From NCBI GenBank assembly GCA_947259225.1, contig CAMYLK010000009.1, forward strand, positions 17,599 through 81,598: a stretch of 64,000 bases of DNA, read 5' to 3'. The translations under genes were made by a program, and so were the position numbers. Origin of the DNA: an uncultured Desulfobulbaceae bacterium (GTDB taxonomy: Bacteria; Desulfobacterota; Desulfobulbia; Desulfobulbales; Desulfobulbaceae). The notes beneath the pieces are model-generated. The model was not told the origin of the DNA. It saw only the letters and a program-made list of their open reading frames with translations, and did no database searches. Positions 30,562 to 39,484 of this stretch are shown one piece after another. Position 1 is the stretch's first letter; each line of letters starts with the position of its first letter.

Positions 30562-33129
30562 ATGTACAATCAAATTTCTCTTGATCAGGTTTTACCCCTG
30601 GTCCGTAAGCCGGGGAGATACATAGGCGGAGAACTTCATGCTGTCACAAAGAACTGGGACGAGGTAAGCTCCCGTTTTGCCATTGTTTTTCCGGATCTTT
30701 ACGAGATCGGTATGTCGCATCAGGGTTTACAGATACTGTATCATATTCTGAACGGCAAGAAGGAATTTTTAGCTGAAAGGTCTTATTGTCCTGATATTGA
30801 TATGGAAAACGAGATGCGCCGCCGTGATATTCCAATGTTTACTTTGGAATCCAGAAGACCGCTCAGCAGTTTCGATGTCATAGGTATAACTCTTCCATAT
30901 GAACTCTGCTACACGAATATTCTGACGATCCTTGACCTGGCCGGCATTCCCACAAGGGCCGAGAAACGTACCTTGCCCTTTCCCCTTGTTCTGGGAGGCG
31001 GCTCCTGTAGTTTGAATCCGGAACCGGTGGCGGATTTTTTTGACGCTATTGTCCTTGGAGATGGTGAGGAGATTATCCTTGATATAGCAGAACTGGTAGC
31101 GGCTGCCAAGCAATTGGATATTTCCCGACAGGAACTCCTCCAGCAACTGGCTGATATTGAAGGAGTATATGTACCTTCTTTTTTTATGCCGAAATATGCC
31201 GGGTCGGAATTGATAGAGATTCAATCTCTCAAGCCCGGATATTCTGCAGTTCAAAGAAGAGTTATTCCTGGTCTCCCGAGACCTGATACATTGAGCAAGC
31301 CGCTGGTTCCGATCGTGAAGCCAATTCATGACCGTCTTGGCCTGGAAATTGCCAGAGGATGTACCCGCGGCTGCCGCTTCTGCCAGGCCGGTATGATCTA
31401 TCGGCCAGTCCGTGAACGAACGGTCAAGGATATTATGGCCATCGCGGAACAAGGAATAAAAAGTAGCGGTTTTGACGAAATGGCACTGCTTTCACTTTCT
31501 TCAGGTGATTTTTCCTGTCTTCCTGAACTCATGGTCAGGCTTATGGACCGCTTTGCAGATCAGTACGTTTCTGTATCCATGCCTTCCATGAGGGTGGGTA
31601 CTTTGACGGACGATATTATGAGCCAGATAAAACGTGTTCGCAAAACCGGCTTCACAGTAGCACCAGAGGCTGGAACAGACAGGTTGCGGGAAGTCATAAA
31701 TAAAGGAATTAGTGAAGAAGATCTGCTCGAAACATGCCGCAGTGCCTTTGCCATGGGCTGGAATCTGATAAAGTTTTATTTTATGATCGGCTTGCCGACT
31801 GAGACGTTAGAGGACGTGAAAGCAATTGTGGAACTAGCGGGGAAAGCACGTCAAACTGCCGGTCCGGATGTCAGAAAAGTAAAGATTAACGTCAGTGTAG
31901 GTACTTTTGTGCCAAAACCGCATACGCCTTTTCAGTGGCAGAGGCAGTTGTCACTTGAAGAGTCGCGTGAACGGATAGACCTTTTGAAAAAGCTGCTGCC
32001 GCGTCGGGGTTTTAACCTGAAATGGCATGATCCCTGTCAAAGTATGATGGAGGGTGTTTTTTCTCGTGGAGACCGCCGCCTGTCACACCTGGTTGAAAAG
32101 GCATGGAACAATGGGGTTCGGCTTGACGGGTGGTCGGAACACTTTCGCCTGGAAAACTGGCAACAGGCTGCGAAGGAGTGCAGGTTAGACCTGGATGGGT
32201 ATTTGCTGGCCCGGGATCCGGACAAACCACTTCCCTGGGATCACCTTGGATGCGGAGTTGAAAAGGACTTTTTTGTCCAGGAATACCATAAAGCCCTTGC
32301 AAGGGAATATACTCCGGACTGCCGGACCAACGGATGTCAGTTGTGCGGATTGTGTGATTTCAAAGTGATCCGCCCGGTGGTCAATACCACGTCAGAAATT
32401 CAGGTTAAGGCTGCGCAAAGTGACACTTCCGGAATGAAAGACGGTGAACAAGAAAAGGGGAAAAATTATTCCTACCGAGTCCGATATACCCGTCTCGGAG
32501 ACACCAGGTTTTTCGGTCACCTGGAAGTACTACAGCTTATTTTCAGGGCCATCACAAGGGCCGGTATCCCGGTTCGCTATTCACAGGGTTATAATCCGTC
32601 TCCTCGTGTGTCTTTCAGTCCCGCCCTGCCGGTAGGGTTAGAGAGTGAGGTTGAATATTTTGATATGGTCCTGGCTTTGCGTATCGATGACTTTAGTGTC
32701 GCAATCGAGAAACTGAACAGTCAACTGCCTGAAGGCATGAATGTTTATACTTTGGAAGTCAAACCGGATACGGAAGCAGGGGCACAGATAATTTCTTACC
32801 GGGCTCATGTTAACAAGCCGCTAAACAGCACCCAGAGGAAAGGGGTAAAAAAATTTTTTGAACAGGAAAGTTTTGTTATTGAACGGGTACGGAAAAAGAA
32901 AAAGAAAAAACTGGATATAAGGCCACTGGTCAATCATATAGGTGTGGATGGAACAGATATTTACTTTGAACTTTTTACTGTTCCGGGTATGGCTGGTGTG
33001 AATCCCAGAGAGGTGTTACAGCATATTTTTCAGCAGGATGAGGAAGATGTCTTATTGGCACGGGTGAGAAAAACAAACATCGTTGATGTATCCTCAACTC
33101 CTGACAGATCATCGAGTGTTGTAAATTAA
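30562..33129 (+). CDS. Radical SAM protein, TIGR03960-like fused to a TIGR03936/DUF2344-like C-terminal domain
   Basis: CTRGCRFCQAG (CxxxCxxC) cluster motif, preceded by a B12-binding-like N-terminal region. The C-terminal ~230 aa are YRVRYTRLGDTRFFGHLE-type. The start could be TTG 30556. Confidence 0.75.
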   Translation: MYNQISLDQVLPLVRKPGRYIGGELHAVTKNWDEVSSRFAIVFPDLYEIGMSHQGLQILYHILNGKKEFLAERSYCPDIDMENEMRRRDIPMFTLESRRPLSSFDVIGITLPYELCYTNILTILDLAGIPTRAEKRTLPFPLVLGGGSCSLNPEPVADFFDAIVLGDGEEIILDIAELVAAAKQLDISRQELLQQLADIEGVYVPSFFMPKYAGSELIEIQSLKPGYSAVQRRVIPGLPRPDTLSKPLVPIVKPIHDRLGLEIARGCTRGCRFCQAGMIYRPVRERTVKDIMAIAEQGIKSSGFDEMALLSLSSGDFSCLPELMVRLMDRFADQYVSVSMPSMRVGTLTDDIMSQIKRVRKTGFTVAPEAGTDRLREVINKGISEEDLLETCRSAFAMGWNLIKFYFMIGLPTETLEDVKAIVELAGKARQTAGPDVRKVKINVSVGTFVPKPHTPFQWQRQLSLEESRERIDLLKKLLPRRGFNLKWHDPCQSMMEGVFSRGDRRLSHLVEKAWNNGVRLDGWSEHFRLENWQQAAKECRLDLDGYLLARDPDKPLPWDHLGCGVEKDFFVQEYHKALAREYTPDCRTNGCQLCGLCDFKVIRPVVNTTSEIQVKAAQSDTSGMKDGEQEKGKNYSYRVRYTRLGDTRFFGHLEVLQLIFRAITRAGIPVRYSQGYNPSPRVSFSPALPVGLESEVEYFDMVLALRIDDFSVAIEKLNSQLPEGMNVYTLEVKPDTEAGAQIISYRAHVNKPLNSTQRKGVKKFFEQESFVIERVRKKKKKKLDIRPLVNHIGVDGTDIYFELFTVPGMAGVNPREVLQHIFQQDEEDVLLARVRKTNIVDVSSTPDRSSSVVN

Positions 33130-33426
33130 GTATCAACAGGTACTAATGAGTATTTCATGTAAAATATGGTTAATCTTTTTACACGTTCAGCAACAATCCC
33201 TTGAGCTACTGCTTTGTAATGTGGTATGTGTTTTGTTTAACATCCCAGAACCAAAAGAAGTTGTTGTGGCAATCGATATTGCATAAATCTGTGCCGCTGA
33301 AAATATGAACCGAAAAGCATGTGCAGGGCAGACAACTCAGATAGTTATTTAGAAGTGAAGGTCAGTACAGATGAGTTCCCACTGGCTTTTTAATACCGTT
33401 GATTTTTCCATGAAAAAGGAGAAAAC

Positions 33427-34773
33427 ATGAGCAAAAAGGTTTTTTTGTGTGACGACGAAATGCCCACCAGCTGGTATAATGTAGCTCCGGATATTCCGAA
33501 CGGACTGCAGCCTCCTTTGGATCCGGAAACAATGCAGCCCATGGCTCCTGAAAAGCTTGCGGCTATTTTTCCAATGGGTCTTCTGGAACAGGAAATGAGC
33601 CCTGACCGTCACATCCCTATCCCTGAAGAAGTCCTTGAGATCTATAAAATATGGCGCCCGTCTCCTTTGGTGAGGGCTTTTAAACTGGAGCAGGCTCTCG
33701 GCACCAAAGCAAAAATATTTTTTAAAAATGAGGGTGTTTCTCCTGTGGGAAGCCATAAGCCGAACAGTGCAGTCGCACAAGCCTATTTTAATATGCGTGA
33801 AGGTGTCAAACGACTGGCAACCGAAACTGGGGCAGGGCAGTGGGGCAGCGCACTTGCCATGGCTACCAGTATGTTCGGTCTGAAGTGTAAAGTGTATATG
33901 GTACGAGTGTCATATGACCAGAAGCCTTACCGTAAATCGGTCATGCAGACTTTTGGCGCAGAAATTGTTCCCAGCCCTAGCCAGTACACAAATTACGGCC
34001 GTTCCGTCCTTGAGCAGGATCCGGACAATAACGGCTCGCTGGGTATTGCCATCAGTGAAGCTCTCGAAGATGCTGTGACAAGCGAGAATACAAATTACGC
34101 GCTGGGGTCGGTTCTCAACCATGTTATTCTCCATCAGACCATCATAGGTCTGGAAGCGAAAAAGCAGATGGAGATTGCCGGGGAGAGTCCCGATGTCATT
34201 GTCGGTTGCTGCGGCGGCGGGTCAAATTTTGCCGGCCTGGCTGTTCCCTTTATCCCTGACAAGCTCGAAGGGAAAAATATTCGCCTTGTCGGTGTGGAAC
34301 CGGCATCATGCCCGACAATGACTGAAGGAAAGTTTGCTTATGATTCCGGTGATACGGCAGGAATGACACCGCTTCTACAGATGCACACACTGGGGCATGA
34401 TTTTATGCCGCCGGGTATCCATGCAGGCGGACTGCGGTATCACGGCATGGCACCTATTGTGTCTGCACTGGTCCGGGAAAATCTTGTGGAACCTGTTAAT
34501 GTCCACCAGCTTGAATGTTTTGAAGCTGGAGTGCTTTTCGCAAAAACAGAAGGAATTATTCCGGCACCTGAAACCTGTCATGCAATCAGGGGTGCAATTG
34601 TAGAGGCGACCCAAAACCTGAACGAGCCGAAAACAATCCTGTTTAACTTCTCCGGTCATGGTCTTATTGATATGGCAGCATATGACAGTTATTTTGCAGG
34701 TGAACTGCATAACTACTCTCTGCCGACCGAGCAGATTGCCGAATCACTGGCCAACCTTCCCAAGGTAGGTTAA
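33427..34773 (+). CDS. trpB2: TrpB-like PLP-dependent enzyme (tryptophan synthase beta, type 2)
   Basis: 448 aa. [11 protein letters not shown]-lysine motif, GGGSNFAG. The long N-terminal extension is typical of TrpB2. Confidence 0.88.
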   Translation: MSKKVFLCDDEMPTSWYNVAPDIPNGLQPPLDPETMQPMAPEKLAAIFPMGLLEQEMSPDRHIPIPEEVLEIYKIWRPSPLVRAFKLEQALGTKAKIFFKNEGVSPVGSHKPNSAVAQAYFNMREGVKRLATETGAGQWGSALAMATSMFGLKCKVYMVRVSYDQKPYRKSVMQTFGAEIVPSPSQYTNYGRSVLEQDPDNNGSLGIAISEALEDAVTSENTNYALGSVLNHVILHQTIIGLEAKKQMEIAGESPDVIVGCCGGGSNFAGLAVPFIPDKLEGKNIRLVGVEPASCPTMTEGKFAYDSGDTAGMTPLLQMHTLGHDFMPPGIHAGGLRYHGMAPIVSALVRENLVEPVNVHQLECFEAGVLFAKTEGIIPAPETCHAIRGAIVEATQNLNEPKTILFNFSGHGLIDMAAYDSYFAGELHNYSLPTEQIAESLANLPKVG

Positions 34774-34792
34774 AGAGAATTTTCGGAGATAA

Positions 34793-36034
34793 GTGAAAAA
34801 AGGAAGTTTTTCTGCACTTCTGTCATTTCTGGTTGTTTTTTTATTTATTTGTTCCCCAAGGCAGGCTGCCCTCGCATCCTGCCTTTCTTTTTCCGATGTC
34901 ATAAAAAACGGCAGTTACATTGTAGCTGATCTGAACGGGCAGATTATTTCATCCTGCAATCCGGACAAACCATTTATCCCGGCAAGTATTGTCAAGATTC
35001 AGACTGCGCTTGCGGCATTTCATATACTTGGCAGGGACTTCCGATTTCAGACGGCATTTTATGCTGACCAGCAGAGCAATCTCTATATAAAGGGATATGG
35101 AGATCCTTTTCTTGTATCAGAAGAGATAGATATAATACTCGACAGGTTGCTTGAACGGGAAATAAAAACAATAAATGGAATTTATATTGATAACGGCTTA
35201 TTTGATCTGCACGGACAGGTCCCCGGCCTGGGAAAGAGTGACAACCCCTACGACTCACCGGTGGGTGCTCTGGGAGTGAATTTCAATACTATCAACTTCA
35301 AAGTTGATGGGCGCGGAAAGATTATCTCCGCTGAACCCCAGACCCCAACATTGCCACTGATGAAAGAACTGGGCAAAGGATTTCGAGAAGGGGAATATCG
35401 AGTAAACATCTGCAAGGAGGCATGTCATCCGGAGGCGCAATCTGCACGATATGCAGCCGAGCTTTTCCGTGAACTGCAGAGAAGAAAAGCAATACCAGGT
35501 CATGGACGGGTCGGCGTCAGAGAGGTGCCTGAAGATGCAAGGCTGATTTATATACATAGAAATACCAGGTCTCTTGATGAAGTTGTTTATTCCTTTCTCA
35601 AATACTCCAATAATTTCGTGGCAAATCAGGTGTATCTTGTTAGCGGAGCTGAAAAGTCCGGATACCCTGCAACCTGGCAAAAAGCTGACATGGCGGCGCA
35701 GGAAACACTGGCAGATATGATCGGTGTGCGTTCAGCGGACAAGATACACATGGAAGAAGGATCAGGCTTGTCCAGGCAAAACAGTATGACCGCTCAGGCC
35801 ATGATGCAGACATTACTGGCTTTCAGGCCATTCATGCAGCTCATGCAGGAAAAAAAAGGGGCAAATATCAAGTCCGGTACCTTGAAAGACGTCTATAATT
35901 ACGCTGGATATCTCAACGATGGGAAGCCATTTGTCATTATGCTTAATCAGGAGAAAAATACACGGGACACGATTCTGAAGCGTTTGCAAAAAATATCCGC
36001 AGTCAATAACGAATATCTACCACAATCTGATTGA
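34793..36034 (+). CDS. dacB: D-alanyl-D-alanine carboxypeptidase/endopeptidase (PBP4, peptidase S13)
   Basis: 413 aa, GTG start, signal peptide. SxxK (ASIVK), SxN (YSNNF) and K[ST]G (KSGT) motifs. Confidence 0.8.
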   Translation: MKKGSFSALLSFLVVFLFICSPRQAALASCLSFSDVIKNGSYIVADLNGQIISSCNPDKPFIPASIVKIQTALAAFHILGRDFRFQTAFYADQQSNLYIKGYGDPFLVSEEIDIILDRLLEREIKTINGIYIDNGLFDLHGQVPGLGKSDNPYDSPVGALGVNFNTINFKVDGRGKIISAEPQTPTLPLMKELGKGFREGEYRVNICKEACHPEAQSARYAAELFRELQRRKAIPGHGRVGVREVPEDARLIYIHRNTRSLDEVVYSFLKYSNNFVANQVYLVSGAEKSGYPATWQKADMAAQETLADMIGVRSADKIHMEEGSGLSRQNSMTAQAMMQTLLAFRPFMQLMQEKKGANIKSGTLKDVYNYAGYLNDGKPFVIMLNQEKNTRDTILKRLQKISAVNNEYLPQSD

Positions 36035-36035
36035 A

Positions 36036-36509
36036 ATGAAGACGATCCAACTGTGTACCATAACTGCAATTCTGGTTATATTATTATTCGTGCCAGCCTG
36101 CGGTAATGGAGATTCTCCTGAAGAACAGATCAGCCGATTTGTCAAGGCAGGAGAAGAAGCGTCAGAAAACCGGGATATCGGTGAAATTAAAAAGTTGATT
36201 TCAGATCAATACAGTGATGAAAACGGCCGTACCAAACGTGAAATTACAGCCGTTGCTGCCCGATATTTTTTTACAAACAAGAATATTCATATATTCACCC
36301 GGACAGGAGAATTGACTTTTCCGGAAGAAAAAAAGGCGCATCTTCAACTCTTCGTTGCCATGACCGCCCAGAATGTCTCCGACCTGGATGCGTTGTTGAA
36401 CATGCAGGCAGAACTGTATCGTTTTGACATGGTGCTGGCACAGTATGACAAAGAGTGGAAACTGATCAGCGCACAATGGCGCCGGGCCAGGTCGGAAGAT
36501 TTTTTTTAG
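36036..36509 (+). CDS. Hypothetical lipoprotein
   Basis: 157 aa with lipobox FVPAC. No family recognised. Confidence 0.5.
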   Translation: MKTIQLCTITAILVILLFVPACGNGDSPEEQISRFVKAGEEASENRDIGEIKKLISDQYSDENGRTKREITAVAARYFFTNKNIHIFTRTGELTFPEEKKAHLQLFVAMTAQNVSDLDALLNMQAELYRFDMVLAQYDKEWKLISAQWRRARSEDFF

Positions 36510-36547
36510 GTAATCTCAAGCTGGTCAGGTGATGGAAATTATTCGAG

Positions 36548-36805
36548 CTATAACCCTTCTAAAAAATTTCTGATCTCTGCTTCATTCAGAAGAATCCCGC
36601 TGAGTATTTTATTTCCTGATTTGAGGGCCGGGACCATGCGGATGTTATCGTTCCATGCCTGGACCGGATGGGCCACGACGTCAATTTCTTCAACTTCCAG
36701 GTAAGGGTATTTCTGCAGGAGTTTTGTCAGCACACGGCCAGCCATCATACAGCGGGGTCAGATTGATGATTTGTAATAAACGATCTTTTTTTTCTGGTGT
36801 TCCAT
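36548..36805 (-). CDS. Glutaredoxin/thioredoxin-fold protein with predicted selenocysteine (U-P-R-C redox motif)
   Basis: The 66-aa track ORF extends in frame through TGA (36760-36758) to ATG 36805. Full reading: MEHQKKKIVYYKSSI-U-PRCMMAGRVLTKLLQKYP.... The beta1 strand (KIVYY) followed by the redox motif at the start of helix 1 matches the Grx CPxC position. Confidence 0.65.
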
Positions 36806-37353
36806 TGTTCTGTCAAAACATTTTTTTATATTAATATCTTTGTAATTTAATGGGCGGTCATATAAATTATTACCCCGACGGTTCAGTCTTGTAAACACCT
36901 TAATTACTATAGAGTTTTTGACCCTGCCCGGCTTTTTACAAGGTGACCTTTATTTGAATTGACTTGCAGCTGGAAAGCTTATACACCGAAATCAGGAGGT
37001 ATTTTTCTCAGGCTGATCATGACAACTCATCCCTGCATAACAATTGTTACCCGATCCCTTATTTTTAAAACATGACACCTGAGGGGGCGAGCACCCTGAT
37101 GTACCGGAACGGTTACAGGTAATTGACAACCATCAGCAATTCGGTTCTGTGGCCCGTTTACTGAAGTATGAAAAACCAATACCGGCAGCAAGGGAGTAGC
37201 TGCTTACGTATCATACCGAAGCGTGGTTCTTTCGTTTTGAAGAGGCTGTTTCATCCGGGCGTTCATTTATAGATCACCAGGACAACCAGGTCGGTTTTGA
37301 GGTATATTCGCTTGTAGCGGACCCTGACGAAAAAAGTTAAGGATAAATCTATC

Positions 37354-39471
37354 ATGCTGGATAAATTATTTTCACCAAGTACGGTTGCTGTTGTTGGTGC
37401 TTCCCGCAGTCCAGGGAAAGTGGGACACGATATTCTGGCCAATCTTGTCGCTGGCGGTTTTGCTGGAAAAATAATACCGGTAAATCCTTCCGGCGGTGAA
37501 ATGTTTGACCTGAAAGTATTTAAAAAGCTAGCAGACTACCGGGGAAAAATCGACCAGGTAATTATCGCGGTTCCCAGCAAATATGTGCTTGATCTTGCCA
37601 GAGATGCGATCTCGAAAAAAGCCTTTAGTATTATTGTCATATCTGCCGGTTTCAGGGAAACTGGAGAAACGGGCAGCCAACAGCAGGATGAGCTCGCCGA
37701 TATCTGTAAAAGAGGAGGAGCGAGGCTTCTCGGACCCAACTGTCTCGGCCTTATAAATACGGATGCAAATTTGAACAGTTCCTTTGCCGGACGAATGCCG
37801 CAGGCAGGATCAATTGCTGTTTTTTCGCAGTCAGGGGCATTATGCACTGCCATGCTTGATCTTGCTGAGAATCGTCATATCGGTCTTTCCAAACTCATAT
37901 CCATTGGCAACAAGGCAGACCTGTCCGAGGTTGATATGCTGATCGCTCTGGCCCGGGATGAGCAGACCCGTGTTATTGTCGGCTACCTGGAGGACATCAG
38001 TTCAGGCGACAACTTCATAAAGGCCGCAGAAGAGGCGAGTAACAGGAAACCGGTCATCATCCTCAAATCCGGCACTACAGTCGCAGGGCAGAAAGCGGCA
38101 GCCAGCCATACCGGGGTGCTGTCGGGTGCTGATACCGCCTATGGTGCTGCGTTTAAGCGCTCAGGGGTCTGCCGGGCCGACACCTTCGACGCTATGTTTG
38201 ATTACGCTACCGCTTTCAATCTGCAGCCCTTGCCCATGGGGAACCGGGTCCTGATCATCACTAACGCCGGCGGACCTGGAACTATGGCAGCTGATGCTGT
38301 GGAAAAATCCGGTCTGCAGGTTGCGGTTCTTGACCGAAATGCCTCGACAGCTCTTCGGGCCCAATTGCCGGTTGCGGCCAGTATTGCCAACCCGGTAGAT
38401 GTTCTCGGCGATGCAGGACCGGATAGGTATGTTGCCGCTCTCCAGGCTGCTCAAAAGGATCCTGCCGTTGATGCAGTCCTTATTATTCTGACTCCGCAAG
38501 CCATGACGCGGCCTGGTGAAACAGCCCGGGCCATTATCGACCATATGGACGGATCAAAACCGGTCCTTGCTTCATTTATGGGTGGAAAGGATGTCATGCC
38601 CGGCCGCAGGGAACTTGCTGCCGGTGGGTTGCCGGATTACGAGTCCCCTGAACGTGCGGTAGCGGTCCTGAAGGCCATGCACGAGTATAGCGTCTGGCGA
38701 AACCGTCCGCCGCGGATGGTTACCAGATTTCCGGTCAACCGCCGGCGGGTTGAGCGGATCATCAGCCGGCGACAGCGTACAGGAAGACTGCAGCTTGGTG
38801 AAGTCAGGGCCAAGAATATTCTTCGGGCATACGGGTTTCAAATTCTTGATGGCCGCCAGGCGACAAGCCCGGAAGAGGCAGTTGAAATTGCCCGCTTCGT
38901 TGGTTTTCCTGTGGCCATGAAAGTTGTTTCGCCAAATATTATCCACAAGACAGACCTGGGAGGAGTTCGCCTTGATGTCACTTCGAGCCAGGAAGTTGAC
39001 GATGCCTATGAACTTATGATGCTCCGCATCAGGAAACAGGCTCCTGAGGCAATCATTGAAGGTGTTTATGTTGAGAAAATGGCCGACCCGGGGCTGGAAG
39101 TCATCGTGGGTATGACGCGGGACCCGCAATTCGGGCCCATGCTTATGTTCGGCCTGGGAGGCATTTTTGTGGAGGTGTTGAAAGACGTAACGTTCCATCT
39201 TGCTCCCATTACTGAAGATGAGGCTGTTCAAATGCTGCAGTCAACGCGCTCGTACGAAATGCTGAAAGGCAAAAGGGGCCAGAAGGAAGTAGATATAGCT
39301 GCCATTGCGGCTGCATTGCAGCGTATCAGTCAGTTGACAACTGATTTTCCCCAGATCATTGAGCTTGATATCAACCCAATGATTGTCGGTGAGATGGGTA
39401 CGGAACCTGTTGTTGCTGATGCCCGCATGACATTGTCGGCTTTAATAAAACAGAACCATTCCCACAACTGA
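37354..39471 (+). CDS. ADP-forming acyl/acetyl-CoA synthetase family protein (fused alpha/beta, CoA-binding + ATP-grasp)
   Basis: 705 aa. VAVVGASRSPGKVG CoA-binding Rossmann, succinyl-CoA-synthetase-like flavodoxin domains, C-terminal ATP-grasp (GFPVAMKVVSP...HKTDLGGV). Confidence 0.85.
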   Translation: MLDKLFSPSTVAVVGASRSPGKVGHDILANLVAGGFAGKIIPVNPSGGEMFDLKVFKKLADYRGKIDQVIIAVPSKYVLDLARDAISKKAFSIIVISAGFRETGETGSQQQDELADICKRGGARLLGPNCLGLINTDANLNSSFAGRMPQAGSIAVFSQSGALCTAMLDLAENRHIGLSKLISIGNKADLSEVDMLIALARDEQTRVIVGYLEDISSGDNFIKAAEEASNRKPVIILKSGTTVAGQKAAASHTGVLSGADTAYGAAFKRSGVCRADTFDAMFDYATAFNLQPLPMGNRVLIITNAGGPGTMAADAVEKSGLQVAVLDRNASTALRAQLPVAASIANPVDVLGDAGPDRYVAALQAAQKDPAVDAVLIILTPQAMTRPGETARAIIDHMDGSKPVLASFMGGKDVMPGRRELAAGGLPDYESPERAVAVLKAMHEYSVWRNRPPRMVTRFPVNRRRVERIISRRQRTGRLQLGEVRAKNILRAYGFQILDGRQATSPEEAVEIARFVGFPVAMKVVSPNIIHKTDLGGVRLDVTSSQEVDDAYELMMLRIRKQAPEAIIEGVYVEKMADPGLEVIVGMTRDPQFGPMLMFGLGGIFVEVLKDVTFHLAPITEDEAVQMLQSTRSYEMLKGKRGQKEVDIAAIAAALQRISQLTTDFPQIIELDINPMIVGEMGTEPVVADARMTLSALIKQNHSHN

Positions 39472-39484
39472 AAGGACATGTATC

